Below are positions 9,663 to 18,773 of a stretch of 32,000 nt of DNA, one piece after another. The DNA is from Sulfolobus acidocaldarius DSM 639. Its GTDB lineage: Archaea; Thermoproteota; Thermoprotei_A; Sulfolobales; Sulfolobaceae. A model generated the notes under the pieces. The model had not been told where the DNA came from, ran no database searches, and was given only the letters and a program-made list of their open reading frames with translations. Position numbers and translations under genes: made by a program. The number at the start of each line of letters is the position of its first letter. The first letter of the stretch is position 1. Where the stretch lies: contig NC_007181.1 in the NCBI RefSeq assembly GCF_000012285.1, positions 90,001 through 122,000 of the forward strand, in the 5' to 3' direction.

Positions 9663-10643
9663 ATGAGACTCATATCTAAACTAATATTAATTTATTTCAT
9701 TATAGAATTAGCTATATTTATTGGTGTCTCCTCGATACCTTATAATAATCCAGCCCTAGTGCAGGAGTACAACTCAATGGAAAGTGGAATTTATTCCATG
9801 CCATACTTTAGTCAGGTAATTGAAATATTCTCTCATAACCTGTTAATAGCCACAATAGATTTCATCCCTGTTGTCGGTGCAATATTCTTTGGCATATCTA
9901 TTGGTCAGACTGCATATTTATTAAGCGTAGTTGCTACCAGCCGGAATGTGCCATCCTTTTTAGTTGCAATAGCACTCTTAACACTTCCTCACTCTGCTGT
10001 CGAATTACCAACTTATGCAATAGCAGTGGCTGCTGGTACGTATGTTATTGTAAAACGAAAGGATTGGAAAAGATATCTCCTCATGTATCCACTCATACCT
10101 ATTGAACTTTTCCTGGCTGCCCTTATTGAGTCCGCAATAATTACATATACAGGATTTAACCCATACGCATTATGGCCTGCATCCATAGGATCGTTACTTT
10201 TAGTATATTTTCTCTATCAAAGGATTCAGAAGTTTGCGGAATCATTAATTAAAACACAAAATATGCAACCTGTCTTAGCTGGAACATCAGCTTTAGGAAG
10301 TGTTCCTATTTATGCCTCTTATTATAATAATTTTAAGAACGTTATGTCACAGGCTATTCAGTACGAAGTTAGATCCGATTTCATTAACGCTGTGAACAAC
10401 TACTGGTTAGCTGTGATCTTTCTCATAGACGCCATAGCAACAAAAATGAATATGCCTTATTACACCAAACAAGATTTGGATAATGTTATAAGCTATCTAT
10501 CGCAGAGAGAGCCTGGATTATTTGACGACTATAATAGAGCTTTTCAGTACAAACTGAGTAATGACATACCACAGTTTCTACAGACAGTCAAAATTCTTAT
10601 TCCTAGACTAGATAGAATTTATGTGAGTCTACAGAATTTCTAA
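9663..10643 (+). CDS. SpoIIM-like (DUF95) membrane protein with a C-terminal soluble helical domain
   Basis: Multi-pass TM N-terminal region containing LPHSAVELPTYAIAVAAG, which matches the SpoIIM family LPHgxxElpa...aG block. About 120 C-terminal residues are hydrophilic and helical. Confidence 0.65.
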   Translation: MRLISKLILIYFIIELAIFIGVSSIPYNNPALVQEYNSMESGIYSMPYFSQVIEIFSHNLLIATIDFIPVVGAIFFGISIGQTAYLLSVVATSRNVPSFLVAIALLTLPHSAVELPTYAIAVAAGTYVIVKRKDWKRYLLMYPLIPIELFLAALIESAIITYTGFNPYALWPASIGSLLLVYFLYQRIQKFAESLIKTQNMQPVLAGTSALGSVPIYASYYNNFKNVMSQAIQYEVRSDFINAVNNYWLAVIFLIDAIATKMNMPYYTKQDLDNVISYLSQREPGLFDDYNRAFQYKLSNDIPQFLQTVKILIPRLDRIYVSLQNF

Positions 10644-11354
10644 ATAAACAGGGTAATGGTCTGATCCTTCTATTTTAATTATCTTACTATCTTTAATCCT
10701 ATCCTTGATTTCACTAGATACGATACAGTAGTCTATTCTCATTGCTTTCCATTTCTCCAGGTAACTTCTCCAGGAATATTCTATTTTATTTCCGTTTATA
10801 AACCTATAAGTATCTACAAAATCTGTGGACAATATTTTGTTTATCCAACCTCTCTCCTCACTCGTTAACCCTGGTTCCTTCTCGTCCCAAAAAGTTGAAT
10901 CTATTTTGTCCCTTGCCACATTTAAGTCTCCACAGAGTATTACTGGCTTTCTCTTTCTCAGTTCTAACATAAACTTCTCGATCTCCAAATCGAATTTAAT
11001 CTTATAATCTAGTCTATTTAGATCGTCTCCTGCCCTTGGAAAGTAGGCATTTATGATAAAATAATCATCGAGCTCTATTGTTAGCACTCTTCCCTCTTCA
11101 TCGAACTCATTTATGCCCAGTCCCTTGATTACTGACAATGGCTTAATTTTAGAGATAGTTAGGACTCCGCTATAGCCTTTTTTCTTTGAGGGAAAGGGAA
11201 ATAAATTACTTCCACTCAGAGCTATATCAAGTGGTATCTCATTTGTCCTAATTTCCTGGAGCATGATTACGTCATAATCATTAATTACCGGTTGTAGGGC
11301 TCCCTTACGCAATATTGCTTTTATTCCATTTACATTCCATGAAAGTATTTTCAT
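10629..11354 (-). CDS. xth: Exodeoxyribonuclease III / AP endonuclease
   Basis: N-terminal MKILSWNVNG. MLQE catalytic Glu block, GDLNV, and C-terminal GSDHYPV (the SDHxP motif of the ExoIII/APE1 family). Confidence 0.9.
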   Translation of the reverse strand: MKILSWNVNGIKAILRKGALQPVINDYDVIMLQEIRTNEIPLDIALSGSNLFPFPSKKKGYSGVLTISKIKPLSVIKGLGINEFDEEGRVLTIELDDYFIINAYFPRAGDDLNRLDYKIKFDLEIEKFMLELRKRKPVILCGDLNVARDKIDSTFWDEKEPGLTSEERGWINKILSTDFVDTYRFINGNKIEYSWRSYLEKWKAMRIDYCIVSSEIKDRIKDSKIIKIEGSDHYPVYLEIL

Positions 11355-11616
11355 TGGTTGAAGATTTTATATGAGGACTTAAAAATGGTTAGGCAATTGC
11401 GAGTACTTTAAAAAATACACTGAGTAAGTGAGACCCAACTTGTAAATTTGGCAAAAACATAAGGATATAATTTCTATTTACTATCAGCCTGGAATAAAAG
11501 TAAGTAAGGCGGAAAGTTAGAAGTACTTTCCGCAAAGTTTGAGGTTAATACTCTTAAAATACCTGAGAAAAGTTTTGTCTAAAACTTTTTAGTTACGCCT
11601 TTATTCTGTTATAATT

Positions 11617-11877
11617 ATGGTTGAAGTGATTGATGCAACAAAATTGGAATGTCCTGAGCCATTTATGAAGACTGTAGCAAAGTTAATGGGAATGAAGGAA
11701 GGTACTGTAAAAGTGATGTTTAAAGACCCTAAATGTGTAGACATGATAGTTGAAGCAGTGAAGTTAATGGATTGCAATGTTCTTGAAAATACAAAACAAG
11801 GAGATGTTTTCAGTATAACAATTCAGAAAACTAGTTCTAGTAAAACCCCGAAAGAGATTAAAGCCAGTGGTTGTTAG
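11617..11877 (+). CDS. tusA: TusA/SirA-like sulfur-carrier protein
   Basis: 86 aa. Conserved CPxP persulfide-carrying motif in DATKLECPEPFMK. A short C-terminal tail ends in Cys (KASGC). Confidence 0.75.
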   Translation: MVEVIDATKLECPEPFMKTVAKLMGMKEGTVKVMFKDPKCVDMIVEAVKLMDCNVLENTKQGDVFSITIQKTSSSKTPKEIKASGC

Positions 11878-11943
11878 AAAGGTTACAAAGAAAAATAGTA
11901 TATATTTTTAAGTTTATAAAATATAATATTAGTATAAAAGTTT

Positions 11944-13017
11944 TTATTGCCTTATTGATTTCCCTAATTCTTCAGCTAGTTTCAGCAATGCACCCATAGT
12001 GTATCCAACATCTTTGTTATTTAGAGCACCTATTAGACCAAAAGTCCCAACTGGTTTTACTGAGGGTAAATCGTTGACCCAAGCCTTAAGCGCAACTCCG
12101 AATTTTTGTGTAAATAGGACTAACCCATCTACTACTTGAGGATCACTGAACACTTCCATTACCTTTAGTAGCCTATCTAATGCACCAGTTTTTTGTAAAT
12201 ATGTAAATCTTTCAAATAGTAAAAGTAAGGAGTTTATGTCAAGTTGTGATATTGTTCCGATTACTTTTTCACTGGTGAGTTGTTTGAACAATGGTGATAA
12301 CGATGTTAGTGCATTTATTGTTGACTCTAAGTCTATTGATTCAAGTAATTTAATGGTTTTCTCGCTGGTTAGTTTTTCTATTACTGGCCATATTGCTTGT
12401 ATTTTTGCTATTTGGTCCATTCCAAAGGATACAAGGGTATTTATAAGATCCGATTTTTGAACAGCATCTATAAGGTCTACTGCCTGCTGAATAAGGTTTA
12501 TCATTGCATCAAGCTGACCCTTTTTCTCCATTTCGTCAACTAATGAAGCTGTCTTATTGAGTACTGGTGCTAGCTTTTGAACTGAGTCCATTAATGAGTC
12601 TAGGTTAAGGCTTTCAATTGTTTTAATCGTCTTATCATTTGTTAGCTTCTGGACCAAAGGTAGATATTTTTCAAGGACATTTAGAAGATTGTCAACATCT
12701 AAGGTCTGATAGAAAGTTAGGGCTCTCTCACTGGTTAGTTTTTCTATTACTGGCCATATTGCTTGTATTTTTGCTATTTGGTCCATTCCAAAAGACATTA
12801 ACGCATTGATCAGATCAGCCTTTTGAACAGCATCTACCACTTCAACAGCCTGATCTAACATGTTTAGCATTGTGTCTAACTGACCCTTCCTATCCATCTC
12901 ATTTAGTTTTTCCGTGAGCTTTTCTATAGTAGAAAGTGAATCGACTAGTTTTGATATTCTTTGCATATTTTCAGGCGAAACAAGCTTTTCTAACGGATCT
13001 TCAAACATCTGAGACAA
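11944..13017 (-). CDS. DUF1641-type helical protein with an internally duplicated ~122-aa module
   Basis: C-terminal [27 protein letters not shown] resembles the DUF1641 consensus. Two tandem copies of a module: KGQLD.M.N...QAV...[33 protein letters not shown]. Confidence 0.65.
   Translation of the reverse strand: MSQMFEDPLEKLVSPENMQRISKLVDSLSTIEKLTEKLNEMDRKGQLDTMLNMLDQAVEVVDAVQKADLINALMSFGMDQIAKIQAIWPVIEKLTSERALTFYQTLDVDNLLNVLEKYLPLVQKLTNDKTIKTIESLNLDSLMDSVQKLAPVLNKTASLVDEMEKKGQLDAMINLIQQAVDLIDAVQKSDLINTLVSFGMDQIAKIQAIWPVIEKLTSEKTIKLLESIDLESTINALTSLSPLFKQLTSEKVIGTISQLDINSLLLLFERFTYLQKTGALDRLLKVMEVFSDPQVVDGLVLFTQKFGVALKAWVNDLPSVKPVGTFGLIGALNNKDVGYTMGALLKLAEELGKSIRQ
12365..12426 (-). repeat. 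62-nt perfect direct repeat, copy 1 (inside the DUF1641-type gene)
   Basis: Identical to 12731-12792 (ctggttagtttttctattactggccatattgcttgtatttttgctatttggtccattccaaa). Period is 366 nt, i.e. 122 codons. Confidence 0.9.
12731..12792 (-). repeat. 62-nt perfect direct repeat, copy 2 (inside the DUF1641-type gene)
   Basis: Identical to 12365-12426. Flanking sequence in the two module copies is clearly diverged. Confidence 0.9.
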
Positions 13018-13216
13018 CTTTAATCTCCATATGTTTATTTGTATGCCATTTTATATCTTTTAATACAAATCTATGTGGAATAGTCGATATTCCCGTTTTC
13101 GTGTAGAGTAGTGTTCGCATGCGTTTGTATCCTTAACTATTCTAGTTTGAGGAAATTATTTGATTACGTAATACTCTCAATTTTTCCAGTAACCTCAACT
13201 TATTAAAGTTAGATAT

Positions 13217-13675
13217 TTAATGTGTAGATTCTGTTGTTTTCTTTTCTCTCATCAATCTCCTAAGCCAATTTAACACTTCCTCGTCATTATTATTTGATAA
13301 GTATTCTAAGTATCTTTCTAGGAATAGTTCGTAGGAACTAACGTTATACGTTTCCCTTATCCCTTTTAATGATGGAATTCTGCCGATCTTAAACGTATAT
13401 GACGTGTTTTTTCTCTTGGTAAACGTAATAACGGTAGTAAGTTTATCTGTGATTACTATTCTGGCTATTACATTACTCAGAAAGGATAAGGAGAATATAG
13501 TCTCATCCTTATTGCATGTAAATACTACGTTGTCATCAAATACTTTTAGTAAATTTTTTTCTTTTTTCTCCTTTACTATTACGTATCCCTGTTTTTCCAA
13601 TTCCCTCTTTATCTGCTCTACATCTTTGCTCTTCATCAATTCTTTTTCTTCAACCAGTATCCCGGGAAAATGCAC
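13217..13675 (-). CDS. Hypothetical protein (152 aa)
   Basis: Long ORF with normal charged and hydrophobic composition. The overlapping plus-strand ORF is S/L/F-rich, typical of a shadow frame. No motif recognised. Confidence 0.55.
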   Translation of the reverse strand: MHFPGILVEEKELMKSKDVEQIKRELEKQGYVIVKEKKEKNLLKVFDDNVVFTCNKDETIFSLSFLSNVIARIVITDKLTTVITFTKRKNTSYTFKIGRIPSLKGIRETYNVSSYELFLERYLEYLSNNNDEEVLNWLRRLMREKKTTESTH

Positions 13676-13861
13676 ATAAAATAATGGTTACGGTTGTTTT
13701 TTTATTTATCTATACATATTCACATGAAAATTATTGTGAGTAATAAGGTATTCATAAATTTTCTTTTTTAAACAATTTAAACTATCCCTATACCTTAAAA
13801 AAGAGAAAAACATACAAATGATAAATATGTATGTATCTCGATTTACTTTTTAATGAAAAGA

Positions 13862-13869
13862 TTTAAATA
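13862..13869 (+). promoter_or_regulatory. TATA box (TTTAAATA) for the winged-helix regulator gene
   Basis: Sulfolobus-type TATA consensus centred about 26 nt upstream of the ATG at 13892, consistent with a leaderless transcript. Confidence 0.4.
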
Positions 13870-13891
13870 TGAGTATTTAAAATGAATTAAT

Positions 13892-14302
13892 ATGGAAATG
13901 GGATCTAGTAGATTTAATATTGAGTTTGAACCAGCCAAAGTTAGATTACCATCAGGAAAGGAAATAAGATTAATTGAGGCGTTGAAGTTCTGCTATGACA
14001 TATCAGATACAGATTTTCAGGTATTAAAAGCACTAATAGGAAGCGATGGAAAAAATGAGGACGATTTAGCAGAACAATTGAAATTATCTAAAGCCTCCAT
14101 AAACAGGAGCGTAAATAAGCTAGTTTCTTTAGGCTTTGTAGAGAGGATGAAGGATGTATCCTCTAAGGGAGGTAGACCAAAATATATTTACAGAAGTATA
14201 CCAGTTGATAAATTGATAGAGAGAATTACAGAGGACTTTAAACGATGTGCTGAGCTGTTCGGAGCGGTTTTACCCAAAGAATTAAAGTTTAGCCAGCAAT
14301 GA
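13892..14302 (+). CDS. MarR/TrmB-type winged-helix transcriptional regulator
   Basis: 136 aa. HTH region [29 protein letters not shown] followed by a basic wing (GGRPKYIY). Confidence 0.75.
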   Translation: MEMGSSRFNIEFEPAKVRLPSGKEIRLIEALKFCYDISDTDFQVLKALIGSDGKNEDDLAEQLKLSKASINRSVNKLVSLGFVERMKDVSSKGGRPKYIYRSIPVDKLIERITEDFKRCAELFGAVLPKELKFSQQ

Positions 14303-14310
14303 TTTAGCCT

Positions 14311-15249
14311 GTGAAAATATTAATTACAGGTTTAGGATTTATTTCATCAAATGTAGCTTACTTTTTATCTCCGAAACATGACATAAAAATTACTTACAGG
14401 AGCCTTAATCCGGTTAAAGAGTTATACACTAAGATTCTAAAGGAAAAAGGCGTAGATACAACAAAGCTTGATGTAATTAATGAAACACAGAAATTGGAAG
14501 AGTTAGTAAAATCTAATGATCTAATCGTAAATTTCGTGGGAGATATTCAAGGGGACGAGAAAGTATTGTACATGGCTAATGTCGAAGTTCCATCAATTAT
14601 AGCGCAGGCGTGCAAAAAGTACAATAAGGTTATGATCCACGCAAGTGGTTCTACATACGGTGTAACAGGAAAAGTAACTATTGAGGAAAATCACGGCGAG
14701 GGTTTAAACCCATCAACCGCTTTTGAGAAAACTAAGCTACAAGGCGAGAAAGAGTTACTCAACATACTGGGTAAGAATGCCATCATACTAAGACCTACAT
14801 TGGTATATGGAAGATTTAACGCGCATGTGCAGTTCGTCACAATCTATAAGTTGGTTAAGCTGGGAATAATTCCAAAACTTGAAATAGAATTTCAACCTGT
14901 TAGTGCTAGATACATAGCTTATCTCATTGACTCCATAGCTAATGGTAAACTGCCCTCGAGAAATTACTTTTATGCTACTGAATGTTCACTTGTAAACTTA
15001 TCTGAATTCTTTCAGATATATGCTTCAACAATTAACAAGAAGGGGATACAAATTCCTATACCGAATAAGTTGGCTGAGATTGCATTACCTAAAGAGGTTA
15101 AGTCCCTATTAAAATATGCCGGAACGGTCTATGATTGTACAGTAATGAAGGAGTACGTCTCTAATATGGAGTTTGACAGGGAAGAGGTTATTGAAAATGC
15201 TAAGTTTCTCTCGACGTTAGATAAAAATAAAATACTTATTCCTACGTAG
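14311..15249 (+). CDS. NAD-dependent epimerase/dehydratase family protein (extended SDR)
   Basis: N-terminal Rossmann beta-strand and glycine motif KILITGLGFISSNV. Length and LRPTLVYG block are typical of the family. GTG start 8 nt after the regulator stop. Confidence 0.75.
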   Translation: MKILITGLGFISSNVAYFLSPKHDIKITYRSLNPVKELYTKILKEKGVDTTKLDVINETQKLEELVKSNDLIVNFVGDIQGDEKVLYMANVEVPSIIAQACKKYNKVMIHASGSTYGVTGKVTIEENHGEGLNPSTAFEKTKLQGEKELLNILGKNAIILRPTLVYGRFNAHVQFVTIYKLVKLGIIPKLEIEFQPVSARYIAYLIDSIANGKLPSRNYFYATECSLVNLSEFFQIYASTINKKGIQIPIPNKLAEIALPKEVKSLLKYAGTVYDCTVMKEYVSNMEFDREEVIENAKFLSTLDKNKILIPT

Positions 15250-15250
15250 A

Positions 15251-16054
15251 CTATGAAAATCTTTTTCTTATTTCATTATAATCTTCGTCCCTCAGGTCAA
15301 ATTTCATAACATCAGCTATTTCATCAATATGTGTTTTTTGTACGGCTTTTGGTATAGGTATTGATCTTCTCTTTAGATATGCTAATGCAACTTGTGCCTG
15401 CGTCTTGCCATATTTTAGTGCGATATCCTTCAACCTTGATTCTGAGGATATAGATCCCTGACCTAAAGGAGAGTACGCAATTATTGTTACTTTATTCTTC
15501 TCGGCAAACGGAATAACGTCCCTTTCTGGTGTCAGCCTATATATACTGTACTGAATTTGATTTGCTACTATTTCGTATTTCTTAGTGGAGTGTATGGCTT
15601 GGTCAAGTAACTTTACATCAAAATTACTAACTCCAATACATCTGACAACTCCCATATCAATTAGTTTCTCCATTGCTGATATTGTCTCCTCAACCTTCAC
15701 ATCAGGATTAGGCCAATGAATCAGATAAAGATCTATATATTTGGTGTTTAATCTCTTCAAACTAGCTAGCGCCGACTTTATTGTATCGTCATATTTAAGG
15801 TGATTAGGCCATACTTTTGTGGTTATAAAGAGGGACTCCCTATCAAAGTCAGCCACGGCTTTACCAACTATTTCTTCTGTGTGTCCTCCTCCATACATCT
15901 CTGCGGTATCGATTAGGTTTATTCCTTTATTTATAGTATATTTTATTGCTTCAATGTAAACATTATCGTTCCCGTGACCTGGAGTCCAATAATCTCCTCC
16001 CATCTTCCAAGTACCTAAACCTATACTACTAATTTTTTTATCACACAAGTTCAT
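15251..16054 (-). CDS. Aldo/keto reductase
   Basis: GLGTWKMGG, DTAEMYG and LYLIHWP blocks typical of AKRs. ATGA start/stop overlap with the upstream flavoprotein gene. Confidence 0.9.
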   Translation of the reverse strand: MNLCDKKISSIGLGTWKMGGDYWTPGHGNDNVYIEAIKYTINKGINLIDTAEMYGGGHTEEIVGKAVADFDRESLFITTKVWPNHLKYDDTIKSALASLKRLNTKYIDLYLIHWPNPDVKVEETISAMEKLIDMGVVRCIGVSNFDVKLLDQAIHSTKKYEIVANQIQYSIYRLTPERDVIPFAEKNKVTIIAYSPLGQGSISSESRLKDIALKYGKTQAQVALAYLKRRSIPIPKAVQKTHIDEIADVMKFDLRDEDYNEIRKRFS

Positions 16055-17295
16055 TTTAGTTCCCTCATTATCTCATTTATTGTTTCCAAATAAGAAGGAT
16101 GCGGGAATGGATACTCTGCAAGTTCTTTTACTTTAATGTTATATCTTATAGCTAATCCTAATACACTTACAATTTCTTCTGCTCTTTCAGAAAATGCAAC
16201 TGCTCCAATTACTTTATCATCCTCCACGCAAACTTTAACAAATCCTTCTGTCTCCTTCTCTGCGATAGCCCTCGTTAATGATGCCATATTCAATTTAACA
16301 CATTTACCTCTCGTTGTATCCCCCACATATGCTATCTGAGGTTTAGTGTAAATCACTTTTACTATGCCATCACTTCTATACCTAGAGGCTATTCCAGATG
16401 CATTATATCCTGCAGTTATTCCTTTGCTTATAGCCTCATGAGCAGTAAAACTTCCTGTGACATCTCCTGCGGCATACACTCCTCTAATTTCAGTCTCCAT
16501 AAACTCATTGACTTTTATCCATTTATCATGAGGTACTCCTTCGAAGCCGTTAACATTTGCTGTCCTTCCGAAACTCATTAGAATGATATCACCTTCTATT
16601 TCTTTTCCGTCATCTAGAACAACTTTATTCCTCTCAATCTTCTTAACTTCTTTACCTAGAAGGAGGCTAAACCCCATTTTTCTGAAGGTATATGTGACAG
16701 AGTTACGAAGATCAGGATCATGTCTAGGGAGAAGTAAATTCTCTTTTTCCACTACAAAAATCTCTTTACCTAATGCCCTAAGTAACCATCCGTATTCGAC
16801 TCCTCCTACGCCTCCTCCTATAATTACCACTTTTTGAAAGTCCCTATCTAGGTAAGGTAAGTCATCTGATGCAATTGAGCCTTGAACCTGTGGCTTTACA
16901 GTACCTGTAGCAATAATTATCTTGTCAGAACTTAAGGTCTGTCCGTTAACTTCTACTGAATTTCCCTTTAATATTGCTCTTCCATGTATAATATCTACGT
17001 TGTATTTTTCCAACATGTACTCGGTACCCTTACTTACTCTGTTTACTGCATTTATGCCCAATTCGCTAATTTCCTTAAAGTTGAATTCTATTTTACTGTT
17101 ACCCTTTACCTTTTCAATGCCTGAAGATAGAATTAAGGGGTGTAACATGGCTTTCGATGGTATGCATCCGTAAAGTACACAGGTTCCTCCTAGCCTATCC
17201 TCTTTTTCTACCAAAGTGACCTTATTTCCTAGTGAGGAAGAAGTTATAGCTGAGTATAGACCTGCAGGACCCGAACCAATTACGACGATTCGCAT
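16051..17295 (-). CDS. Class I pyridine nucleotide-disulfide oxidoreductase (dihydrolipoyl dehydrogenase-like)
   Basis: FAD motif VVIGSGPAG and redox-active CxxxxC in GGTCVLYGCIPSK. Second Rossmann motif IIGGGVGGVE. C-terminal HPSYLE (His-Glu dyad). I prefer the ATG at 17295 (MRIVVIG) over TTG 17334, because a TATA-like element lies inside the extension. Confidence 0.85.
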   Translation of the reverse strand: MRIVVIGSGPAGLYSAITSSSLGNKVTLVEKEDRLGGTCVLYGCIPSKAMLHPLILSSGIEKVKGNSKIEFNFKEISELGINAVNRVSKGTEYMLEKYNVDIIHGRAILKGNSVEVNGQTLSSDKIIIATGTVKPQVQGSIASDDLPYLDRDFQKVVIIGGGVGGVEYGWLLRALGKEIFVVEKENLLLPRHDPDLRNSVTYTFRKMGFSLLLGKEVKKIERNKVVLDDGKEIEGDIILMSFGRTANVNGFEGVPHDKWIKVNEFMETEIRGVYAAGDVTGSFTAHEAISKGITAGYNASGIASRYRSDGIVKVIYTKPQIAYVGDTTRGKCVKLNMASLTRAIAEKETEGFVKVCVEDDKVIGAVAFSERAEEIVSVLGLAIRYNIKVKELAEYPFPHPSYLETINEIMRELK

Positions 17296-17316
17296 AAATA
17301 TTCTTGTCCTTTGTAA

Positions 17317-17324
17317 TTTAAAAA
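17317..17324 (-). promoter_or_regulatory. TATA-like element (TTTTTAAA on minus strand) for the flavoprotein/AKR operon
   Basis: Centred about 25 nt upstream of the ATG at 17295. Confidence 0.35.
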
Positions 17325-17401
17325 TTAATTTCAATTACCTATGTTTTGGTACTTTGGTTTTTAATTTGTAGATAAAATGATTAAAATACAGTATAATAAG
17401 G

Positions 17402-17409
17402 TTTATAAT
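17402..17409 (+). promoter_or_regulatory. TATA-like element (TTTATAAT) for thiC
   Basis: Centred about 24-27 nt upstream of the tandem ATGATG at 17429/17432. Confidence 0.35.
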
Positions 17410-17428
17410 CTAGTTTATTGAATATCTT

Positions 17429-18718
17429 ATGATGTCCATAATCGAAGAAGCTAGGAGAGGTATAATAACAGATGAAATAAAAAGTATTAGTAAGTTAGAG
17501 AAAGTTTCTCCTGAAAAAGTAAGAAAAAGGATAGCTGAAGGTAAAATAATGTTACTTAGAAATGTTAAGAGACCCAGTAAAAAGTTAGTACCCATAGGTA
17601 AAGGTCTAACGACTAAGATAAACATCAATATTGGGACATCCAGTGAGGTAATTGATTTAGACATGGAGCTAGAGAAAGTTAAGATATCGAATAAGTGGGG
17701 AGATACTTTAATGGACTTATCCACTGGAGGGGACATAGACGAAATAAGGAGAAAAATTATAGATAAAAGCGACCTTCCTGTAGGTACGGTGCCAGTATAT
17801 CAGGCGTTCATACAGTCCTTCAAGAAGAAAAGTGGGGGAGCTTACTTCAGCGAAGACGAACTCCTAAGTATAGTTGAAAGACAACTAAAAGATGGTGTGG
17901 CATTCATGACAATTCATGCAGGTTTAACAAGAGAACTCGCTATTAGAGCTCTTAAAAGTGATAGAGTTATCCCAATAGTTTCTAGAGGAGGAGATATGAT
18001 CGCAGGATGGATGATACACAATGGTAAAGAAAATCCTTATCGAACTAACTGGAAATATTTACTAGAGCTTTTTAAGGAATATGATGCTACCATATCTCTG
18101 GGAGATGCATTAAGACCAGGTGCAACTGCAGACGCTCATGATGAGTTTCAGATAGGGGAGTTAATAGAAACTGCTAGACTTGTAAAGGATGCTATTAATA
18201 ACGGAGTTCAGGTTATGGTTGAAGGTCCTGGTCACGTTCCATTAAATGAAGTGGCATGGGATGTGAAACTAATGAAAAAGCTAACCGGAGGCGTTCCATA
18301 CTATGTATTAGGACCTTTAGTAATCGATGTTGGCGCACCATATGATCATATAGCCTCTTCTATAGGGGCTGCAATAGCCTCAGCTGCGGGAGCAGATCTA
18401 CTGTGTTATCTTACACCTGCAGAGCATCTCAGTTTACCTAACGCTAAGCAAGTTGAAGAAGGAGCTATAGCATATAGGATAGCAGCTCATGCTGGAGATA
18501 TAGTGAAATTAGGCAAGAAAGTTAGGAAATGGGATGATGAAGTAAGCTACTACAGGGGTAAACTGGAGTGGGATAAGATGATAGAGAAACTTATTGATCC
18601 TGAGCAGGCTTACAAGGTTTATACCCAATTTGGTGAACCCAATGTTAAAGCCTGTACTATGTGTGGTGGCTATTGCCCAATGATGTGGGCTATGGAACAG
18701 GTTAAAAAGATTGGCTGA
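17429..18718 (+). CDS. thiC: Phosphomethylpyrimidine synthase (radical SAM)
   Basis: 429 aa. C-terminal CxxCxxxxC cluster motif CTMCGGYCP and a highly conserved ThiC core ([28 protein letters not shown]). Confidence 0.95.
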   Translation: MMSIIEEARRGIITDEIKSISKLEKVSPEKVRKRIAEGKIMLLRNVKRPSKKLVPIGKGLTTKININIGTSSEVIDLDMELEKVKISNKWGDTLMDLSTGGDIDEIRRKIIDKSDLPVGTVPVYQAFIQSFKKKSGGAYFSEDELLSIVERQLKDGVAFMTIHAGLTRELAIRALKSDRVIPIVSRGGDMIAGWMIHNGKENPYRTNWKYLLELFKEYDATISLGDALRPGATADAHDEFQIGELIETARLVKDAINNGVQVMVEGPGHVPLNEVAWDVKLMKKLTGGVPYYVLGPLVIDVGAPYDHIASSIGAAIASAAGADLLCYLTPAEHLSLPNAKQVEEGAIAYRIAAHAGDIVKLGKKVRKWDDEVSYYRGKLEWDKMIEKLIDPEQAYKVYTQFGEPNVKACTMCGGYCPMMWAMEQVKKIG

Positions 18719-18773
18719 CAAACAAAAAGATATACAATCACTTTTTTAGTATCTGTTATTTATCTTCCTTATA

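Noticed and set aside
9596-9680. C/D-box-like string at the tmcA 3' end (GUGAUAG / GUGAUAA ... CUGA ... GUGAUAU)
   Set aside because: The C-like boxes lack the terminal GA needed for the kink-turn. There is no D box 12 nt after the second box and no terminal stem.
10825-11007. 60-aa plus-strand ORF inside xth
   Set aside because: Antisense to the ExoIII gene.
12236-12460. 74-aa plus-strand ORF across repeat copy 1
   Set aside because: Antisense to the DUF1641-type gene. The minus-strand frame carries the conserved duplicated peptide.
13186-13200. Half-match to the origin-recognition-box core (TTCCAGT)
   Set aside because: Only one half of the ORB dyad is present, with no second copy, no flanking G-string and no cdc6/orc1 gene. 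Not a replication origin.
13404-13679. 91-aa plus-strand ORF overlapping the 152-aa hypothetical gene
   Set aside because: S/L/F/T-rich low-complexity sequence. The minus-strand 152-aa ORF is longer and has normal composition.
16136-17173. Three plus-strand ORFs (16136-16339, 16583-16837, 16922-17173) inside the flavoprotein gene
   Set aside because: Antisense to a gene with unambiguous FAD/NAD and CxxxxC motifs.
17296-17334. 13-codon N-terminal extension of the flavoprotein ORF (TTG 17334)
   Set aside because: The extension precedes the canonical beta1-GxGxxG start (MRIVVIGSG) and contains the likely TATA element.
17335-17428. Possible TPP riboswitch upstream of thiC
   Set aside because: The 94-nt spacer is almost pure A/T. 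It lacks the conserved CUGAGA and ACCUGAUCUGGAUAAUGCCAGCG-like cores and leaves no room for an aptamer if the gene is leaderless.
17410-17736. 108-aa minus-strand ORF over the thiC 5' end, and the 70-aa ORF at 18509-18721
   Set aside because: Both are antisense to thiC, one of the most conserved genes in the window.
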